DNA of 62,006 nt, counting the filler, from Platydemus manokwari (lineage: Eukaryota): NCBI GenBank assembly GCA_037951405.1. It is 5 parts of 5 records of this genome, joined end to end, with 100 filler letters (N's around TTAATTAATTAA, not from the genome) between each part and the next. Parts side by side here need not be neighbours in the genome. Positions count along the whole stretch, not along the records: positions 47,417 to 62,006 come from JBBMOY011438089.1; 4 more parts are not named here. One strand, 5' to 3'. A program made the translations under genes and the position numbers. The notes under the pieces are model-generated. The model made no database searches and was not told the origin of the DNA. It worked only from the letters and a program-made list of their open reading frames with translations. How positions within the stretch are numbered: the stretch's first letter is position 1; every line of letters begins with the position of its first letter. Positions 54,858 through 62,006 of this stretch are shown piece after piece.

Positions 54858-57768
54858 CTATGGATGCCATAGTTGATTGGCAGGACGATTGTTTCTGGAC
54901 TGATTGCCAGAAGATCCAGAACCTTGCGAAATATTACTTCTACTACTAGGATTTGAAACCATTGAAGTCATCAGATGTTCCTAAATTGAAAATAATTTCA
55001 ATTGCCTATCGATTTCTTGTGAAAAAATATTTAACTTGGAGAAAGATTTGATTTTCAAATATCAACATTCAAAAAATTAATTTTACCTGAAATTGATATG
55101 ACTGAGGAAAATTATGCATTTGTTGTTGCATCAATTGTAAATGAGGATGCAGCGGCTGCAAACCTCCACCTTGATGAGCCATTGCATAAGGATGTGCTGT
55201 TGGGTGGGGTCCAGTTGCAGTTACACAATTAAACATACTATTTTGATAAGAATGATTTGAATGTTGATGATGGAACGCTAAGAAACGTGGATCATTTGAA
55301 ACAGACTGCTGCTGAACTTGATGTTGATTAGTTCGATTTGAAGAACTCAAATTTTGCTGTTGGCTTGACTGCCGATTGATTTGAGCATTATTGGCAAGTT
55401 TCGTTGATTTTTCAACGTCAAGACCATCGTCTTGAGACTTCCCAACGTAATTGGGATAATTTTGAGAACGTGGAAATTTTTTGTTTTGAATTAAATCATC
55501 AAAATCATCTGATAATGGAAAATTACGATGAGCAAGGTTAAGATTATATATCGGTTTATTGGGAACTGGAGATTGAGTTACTTCAGTTGACTGAGATGAT
55601 GAACTGTGACCAGGAACTGTAGGCATAAAGTTTGGATAATTGTTCATATAAACTTGAGGAAAACAACAAATATTGGACATTGTCATAGCTGATAAAATCG
55701 TTGACGAATGTGTTCCGGCATCTGATTCACTAACTTTAGGCAACATCACTTGTTGGTTTTGGTTAACAGAACTGGAATTAGGTACTGATTGAACGTTACA
55801 AATGTTATGTTTGGAATTGGACGATTTCTGATTGAATTCTTTATTCGATTCGCCATGCATGAAAGTTTGTTGTACTTGACCATCGTCCGATGCTCCGACA
55901 TCGTTCAAATCATTAACCTGACTAATGTTACAACCACTGAAAATTGAAGATCCATTGGGAATGTTCAATAAGGATAAATATTGAGGATTATTTTGCAATT
56001 GTTGAAGTAAATGAGCATTGGACATACCAGGTGGGGGACAAAGTTGGGCTGAAGATGATAGAAGTGTAGTGTTGAGAGACTGGTGGTTGTTACTTACACA
56101 ATCAGAAATTTTATAATTTGTATTGGGATCGGTTATTAATTTTTTATCCGACACTTCAATGTGACGCTGATTAATGTTTGAATTGGAAAATATATCACCG
56201 GATTTAATATCAGGTTTTGATTTAATAGTTGACTTTTCACCAGTAGCTCTTACATTTGTCGATGTAACAATTGACGATAACTGAGATTCATTTTCGGAGA
56301 AATTAGATTGCAAATATTCATCGGTACAGTTGTCTTGTGGCATTATTGACAATGTCGATTTACTGCTTTTATTTGCTGAGACAATTCCATCAAATGGTTG
56401 ATTTAAAATAATTTTTGAAATGAAAGACTCGGAAGAATCGATGGATTTTGTGGATTGAGAATATTCATTGAAATTCAATCCGAAAGAAAAGTTAAATCCA
56501 CCTTTTACGGGCATACTGACGACACCCGTTGAAGTTAACAATTTCACTGGTTCTAATGGCACTCTGGATGAAGGTGCAGGTGGCTTGGTTCGAGAAAATC
56601 CTCCGAAAATGTCCACTTTGTTTGAACATTTGGCAACTAATTCTATAGGATTCAACTGATTGTTTTTTGCATCATCTTTTGAAGTGACATCGTTTTTTCC
56701 CGATTCTGTACATGATTCAATTAAATTGCTTTCAAATTTTTCCATTTTTAAGGCACTGAAAAATGATGATTGTGATATTAAAGCAGACTATTTATGACAA
56801 TAAAAATCGAACCAGTTAGGATTTTGATTCAAAACATCATCATAATGATTATCAAATGGTTTATCCGAATCATTATATTCGTTGGATTTAGCAGTGTTAT
56901 CTGATATCCAGTCATTACAATGGTCGTAATTAGCATTCCATTCTGTAATTCATTTATTGGTTAAAACTGTTAATTTGTCATCTCTTACTATTTGATTCTC
57001 CCGATAACATTCTGTCTGAATCCCCATCTACATTTCCATCAAAAACATTATTATCCTGATTCATGTGATGCTTTGTTCTACCTCTGTTAGAATTTAATCG
57101 ATATTGTGATCTCCTACCACGACCTCTTGAACTACTGTTTTTGTTACCATATGTTTCAGACTTTAAGATATTAAATCAAAAGTACTAATTCTATGTCAGA
57201 AATATTTAATTACTGTCTCTTCATTCCCATTGCTTGGGGGCTTATTAAGGTTATCATAATTTCTATTATTATTTTGAGTGAACCTCGCTCTACCTCTACC
57301 ACTACCGCGGACTGACCTTGGTTTATCATTAGGGATTTTGTTTTCTGTAATTTCTTTAACATCAATCTAAGATTCAATAAAAATGTAAAGATTATTCATT
57401 TAAAAATGTTGCATTTACATTCGATTCAGTTGGACATATTTCAAGAGATTGTTTTTTTTTGTATTTCGCTACTTCTTTCCAATCACTATTAATTTTGCTA
57501 AATTCACCAACCAGTGTTCTCTGAGTTTGTTCAAATATTTTATCAATTGCAATTTCGATATTATAATTAGAATCATATAGAGTTGTAACGGCAATATCAT
57601 TTGAACAGCCAGTGAGTTCAATAACCTATATAAAAGGTATAAACTTTTTATATAACTTTATTATGTATTAACTTGTTTAACTTTATTTAATAAATCTGTA
57701 TCTGAACTTATCAAATTTTGAGAAAATGTGTCCATTTCGGTGGATTTCAGTATTTCAGCTGAGTTCAT
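54858..57768 (-). CDS. UBAP2: Ubiquitin-associated protein 2 / UBAP2L / lingerer-like
   Basis: N-terminal UBA-like domain (KVKQ|VIELTGCSNDIAVTTLYDSNYNIEIAIDKIFE), then WKEV..KKK, RG-rich segments (RGSGRGRAR, RGRGRR) and a DUF3697-like segment (PSSRVP..PV...FNFSFG). A long Q/N/S/H-rich exon (ORF 55069-56745) is followed by the last exon 54980-54858 ending NQLWHP*. Splice phases are consistent. Confidence 0.85.
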
Positions 57769-60600
57769 CTTAAACAAAATGCTCTAAAACATGTAATAAA
57801 TAGCAATTAATAAATATCAGTCAAATTCAATATGAATACCGTATATACAAATGTGACTTAGCCTTTCGTAACAAAAGTAGTTTAGTAAAACAAATCAAGT
57901 TTTTATGATTATAACATTTGAACATCATTAATTTATATATATTTAACTGCAAATAAAAACTTGAGAAATAACATCCTTTCATTAAGAATTTACGTAAACA
58001 TTAAAAAATATACGTCGGTGATTGTTCATTTAAATTAACACAAGTTTATATTTAAATACTATTATAACTTAATTTATTCTTATAAAAAGTATTCATAAGC
58101 TTTGTTAGTTGGTAAAATCCCATAATAATCAATATAAATATTATAAAATTTATCTTATGGTTATCTCGGTAAGATTCTCCAACCTTTGTAGTTTCTAAGA
58201 GCATAATGATTCAATTTTTGCAGATTTATTAAACTCTATTAGCTCAGTTCTCAATAAAATCTTTATGTATAAATAGAAACAAAGCAGAAAAATCACACAT
58301 TAATTTCACAATAGTTTTGTACATAGAACTTCATATTACTTCTTGCTTTAAGTACAGACTTTTCGTGCTCATATAAATAATTCGAAATATACTGATTCAT
58401 ACTCTTACATTACTCGCGAACATTATTCATATTCAATAGGATTGTATATTTTATTCTCAACTGTCGGTTTTCAATTTTCATTTCGTTCGGTTCATATCGA
58501 TCACCAGAAGGAGATAATTTACAGATTTTCAAATCATTTAAAAAGGAGTTTGTAGAAAACTGAACTCATCAATCATGGTTTTATGTCGAAGTTCGGTGGT
58601 ACTTTGTCGCCATCGCCTATTTTTTGATTGCTTTCAGATCAAACCAGTTCTCATTTCTAATATTATACATTAAACATTTATTAATTTGTAGTATAGTGGA
58701 TATATTTATTATATTGTTTATCGTTTTTATTGTTTGACTTATTATACGCACCTAACGATATGTAAATTTTTAAATCCTTAGTGGAAACATCAATCATCTA
58801 CTGATAAACTATAGGTCATATAAAATACTCACATATATACATATTTTGAACCCATCTCATCTCTTTTGATCATTTTACAATAATGCAGAAATAATATATG
58901 TAAAGATTTCAACAATATCACCGAAGTATACAGCTCAAATTTTTGGTAAACTGCAATATTATCAGCGATAACTTCATATCAACTATATACTTTTAGCTAT
59001 AAAGTTTTAGTCCAACATAATCTCAAAATCTTTTCTAATCTCCAAATTTAATTTTTATTTATTATAACCTTCGATCTAATTATTGTAACAATTGTAACAT
59101 AACTCAACCAAATACAACTCTACTAAATGCTGATGCATTATCTAAGCTTATAAAAAAATCTGCTCAAAGAAAAACCAACCCTACTATTCTTCTATCAAAT
59201 ATTATCAGAATTCCAATAAGTCAATAAACAATAATCATTGTTTGACAATTGAATTATTCGAGTTTACAATAAATTTAATCACCCTTTTATTTATCGAATA
59301 TATTTAATTTAAAAGTTGTAATTTTTTTTCAAAACATTTATTAATATTGTTACCGGAAATATTTGCCAACAAATACCAGAAGAATTAGAGCAATAATAAT
59401 AAGATGAATTATAATAAATTATAAAATAATAAATTTAATAATAATAATTTACGATAGAAAATAAGAAATTATTGGAATATTAATTGCCACCAAATGCTAA
59501 AAATTATAATTTGAATCACGATGAATTACAAATTCAACTTGTCAACGAATACAATTAGAAATCACAATAAATCAACAATAGATATCGCGCAAGATGAGAT
59601 CAGCACCCGAATGTTGAATACAAAGAAAAATACAATCACGAAGACTGGTTGTCAGAAAAGTCACCTAATAGAAATTGCCTACCAAAAAGTGAAATCCAAC
59701 TCCTTTTATAGGTTTTTATTCAAATAATTCGTTCATTTGAAGAGGCCCGATAATAAAAATAGGAATAAAAATAAATTACTATAATTGATAATGGAAGCGA
59801 CACTGGTTATAGACCGCTGAGAAACTGTCACAAAATCGGAACAAATGCAGGTTGAAATATAAATTTAGTGAATTTGGTGAAAAATTGTACTTTGAAATGA
59901 CCGAGAAATTATGAATTAATGAAATTAATTCGACCGATTATGGTTTATGAAAATAAAATTGATTGATTTACTGTACAGTGCTGCAAGTAAGTCAGTATAA
60001 ATACAAATGCAATTCGATTAAGACTTGATATTTCGTTTAATTTTATGATCAGACAAGACAAACCATTACAGAGAGAAAAAAATATCGGAATAGATTTTCT
60101 AAAAGTTAATTCAGAAATTTTTATTATATAGGTTATTTTTTATTCTAAATGAATTTGTGATATTCGAGTTCAGTTACCCAGAGTATCGTTATTGTATCAG
60201 ATTGAAATTGTATTAAAAATTTGAGAATAGTTATTATAGATAGAGTAGATTAATATAAAGTGTTGGACATCTGTAAGATTATATACGAACGCTAGTATTA
60301 ATTGTGTTGTAGTAGTACTAGTAAGAACAGAAGTAGATCTTCTGCCGGTGTTATCAAGAGGTATACGAACTTGATCCTCTTTTATTTGGGAATTCTTTTA
60401 AAGGGTTTGACAGAATGCTTGAACATTGTATTGAATAATAAATCTTAGTGATCAACAGAATATTTCGGACTCAGATTAGTTTGATTTGATTACGAGCATT
60501 GTTAAGCTCAAAAGCAGGTTGGTCCAGCACATGCATTGATATGTTAGCAATTTCTCATACACCTCTCTTACAATTGTCAAATCTCGAATAATCGATCAAA

Positions 60601-61243
60601 CCAAAGAGGATGGGGAAGAGTAATGAGGAAGCTAGTTAATTAAATATGCAATAATGGTGCAAAATAATGATTATTAAATTATCGAGTATATCACAAATAA
60701 ATCAAAATGATCACAGGAACCAAGGGAAAACCCTAATAAGGCTCAATACACACAAACCCGATAAACACACTTGTTGTAAACCAATCAGATTCTAAGAATC
60801 GACAAGCACATACCTACAAACAGTAGCAAGCTCAAATATCCGCCAATGGCACAAGAAATATAAGGAATATCTCAAGTAAATCGATCCACAAACAAATTCA
60901 GCAATTTGAAAACGAAGACCTGCGACATCAAGCAGACACACCCGATAGGTCTATAAAAGAGGTTGAGTTCCACATATTCCTGCCAGTCTTTTTGGTAGGT
61001 AACTTCAGTGCTTAGCTTGTGTATGATTTCAGTAATCAGACTTTTTGATTACTGTTAATTCTGTTCTTGACTTTTGGGCGCTGATTTCATCTTGAATGAT
61101 TTTATTTGAGAATTGCGTAGAGATATATTATTGTTATTATTGAGACTTTGAGTGTTAATACTTAGTTAATACAAATTTTCAGATCTAAATTGTTTATTGA
61201 TAATCCAACAAAATAAACTGAACAACTTAAATTTAAATTCACA
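60601..61243 (+). mobile_element. Probable LTR remnant
   Basis: Purine tract AAAGAGGATGGGGAAG at about 60603, a TATAAAAG box at about 60952, a C/A-rich to T/G-rich switch, AATAAA at about 61212, and ...TCACA followed closely by TGGCGA (PBS-like). Confidence 0.4.
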
Positions 61244-61499
61244 ATAAATGGCGAATTTTTAAGTAACAATTTTCAGAGCTGGACTATTAAGAGCAGAGAT
61301 TTAGTTCTTTGAATGCATTTTTGATACAAATAAAATTTCGTGAGACAAAGTCGTCATGATTTGTGTTACGGAAAGCCAAGAATAGAAAATTTTTAAAATT
61401 ATAGACATTAAGAGATATTGCGTAGGTGAGTGCTGCATTGAGATTTTGAACAAATTACAGATGAACAAATAGAAGAAAAATTCCAAAACATGTACTTAA

Positions 61500-62006
61500 A
61501 GGAATATTTAAAAATTAAAAATCAATACTTATCGCGTAGGAAAGTGAACGAGCGATTTTTTAATTATTACCAAAAAGCTAGAAACAACAGGAAAATTCAA
61601 AATAGAATGATGTTAATTATAAAGAGGTGGGACAAAGAACACAATATCGTGTAAGAAGAAAAAGAAAAAGAAAAGAAGATGAAATAGAAGATGAAATAGA
61701 AGAGATAACAAGAGATGTAAAAAAGATAACAAAAGATAAATTAGAGATGAAAAATGAAGTTATTAAAAGATAGAAGAATTAAAATATTGAGATATGTAGA
61801 TGATTCAAGACAGTCAAGATTACGAAATCAAAGATTTTTAAAAAAAAGGGGGATGTGACACATTTGATATTAAATGAATTTCAATTTCATTCGAAACAAT
61901 TTTAATTTACATTTATTCAAATTTTATTCAAATTTTAATGAGATTTAATTTAATTTTATAAAAAATTAAATTAAGGTAAAATTGAAAATATTTGTTTAAA
62001 TATTTG
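61500..62006 (+). mobile_element. 3' end of an LTR retrotransposon internal region, PPT and start of the 3' LTR
   Basis: A GA-rich decayed coding tail is followed by AAAAAAAAGGGGGA directly before TGTGACA at 61854, the canonical Ty3/gypsy PPT-TG junction. Confidence 0.55.

Noticed and set aside
52291-56659. Antisense and alternative-frame ORFs over MCPH1 and UBAP2 (e.g. 52291-52554, 53133-53450, 54737-54949, 56468-56659)
   Set aside because: Shadows of real coding exons, with no independent motifs.
6702-57768. Apparent cluster of genome-maintenance and ubiquitin genes (OTUD5, CHAF1B, MCPH1, UBAP2)
   Set aside because: The genes lie on different contigs joined by artificial linkers, so linkage is unproven.

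Overview
This is a 62 kb window of very AT-rich animal genomic DNA, not prokaryotic. The many 41-55 nt GT-AG introns and the heavy load of decayed transposons are compatible with a planarian or other flatworm, but the species cannot be fixed from sequence alone. The window is five contigs joined by identical artificial 100-bp linkers (44 N + TTAATTAATTAA + 44 N), so adjacency across linkers is unproven. Spliced genes reconstructed by hand: OTUD5 (-), the 5' part of RNF121/RNF175 (+), CHAF1B/CAF-1 p60 (-), MCPH1 (+) and UBAP2/UBAP2L/lingerer (-). There is also an unnamed PP1-docking (RVxF) protein with a beta-TrCP degron that resembles a very divergent PPP1R15, and an orphan terminal exon that may be a GPCR C-tail. 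Mobile DNA comprises two decayed RLE-type (NeSL/Utopia/R2-like) non-LTR retrotransposons, a decayed Polinton/Maverick-like segment with a parvovirus-type PLA2 domain, LTR remnants and hAT remnants. No clearly new multi-gene system is evident. The best leads are the PPP1R15-like gene, possible spliced-leader-supplied start codons, the Polinton PLA2 relic and the degenerate phosphopeptide pocket of MCPH1. All homology calls come from recalled motifs; no search was run.
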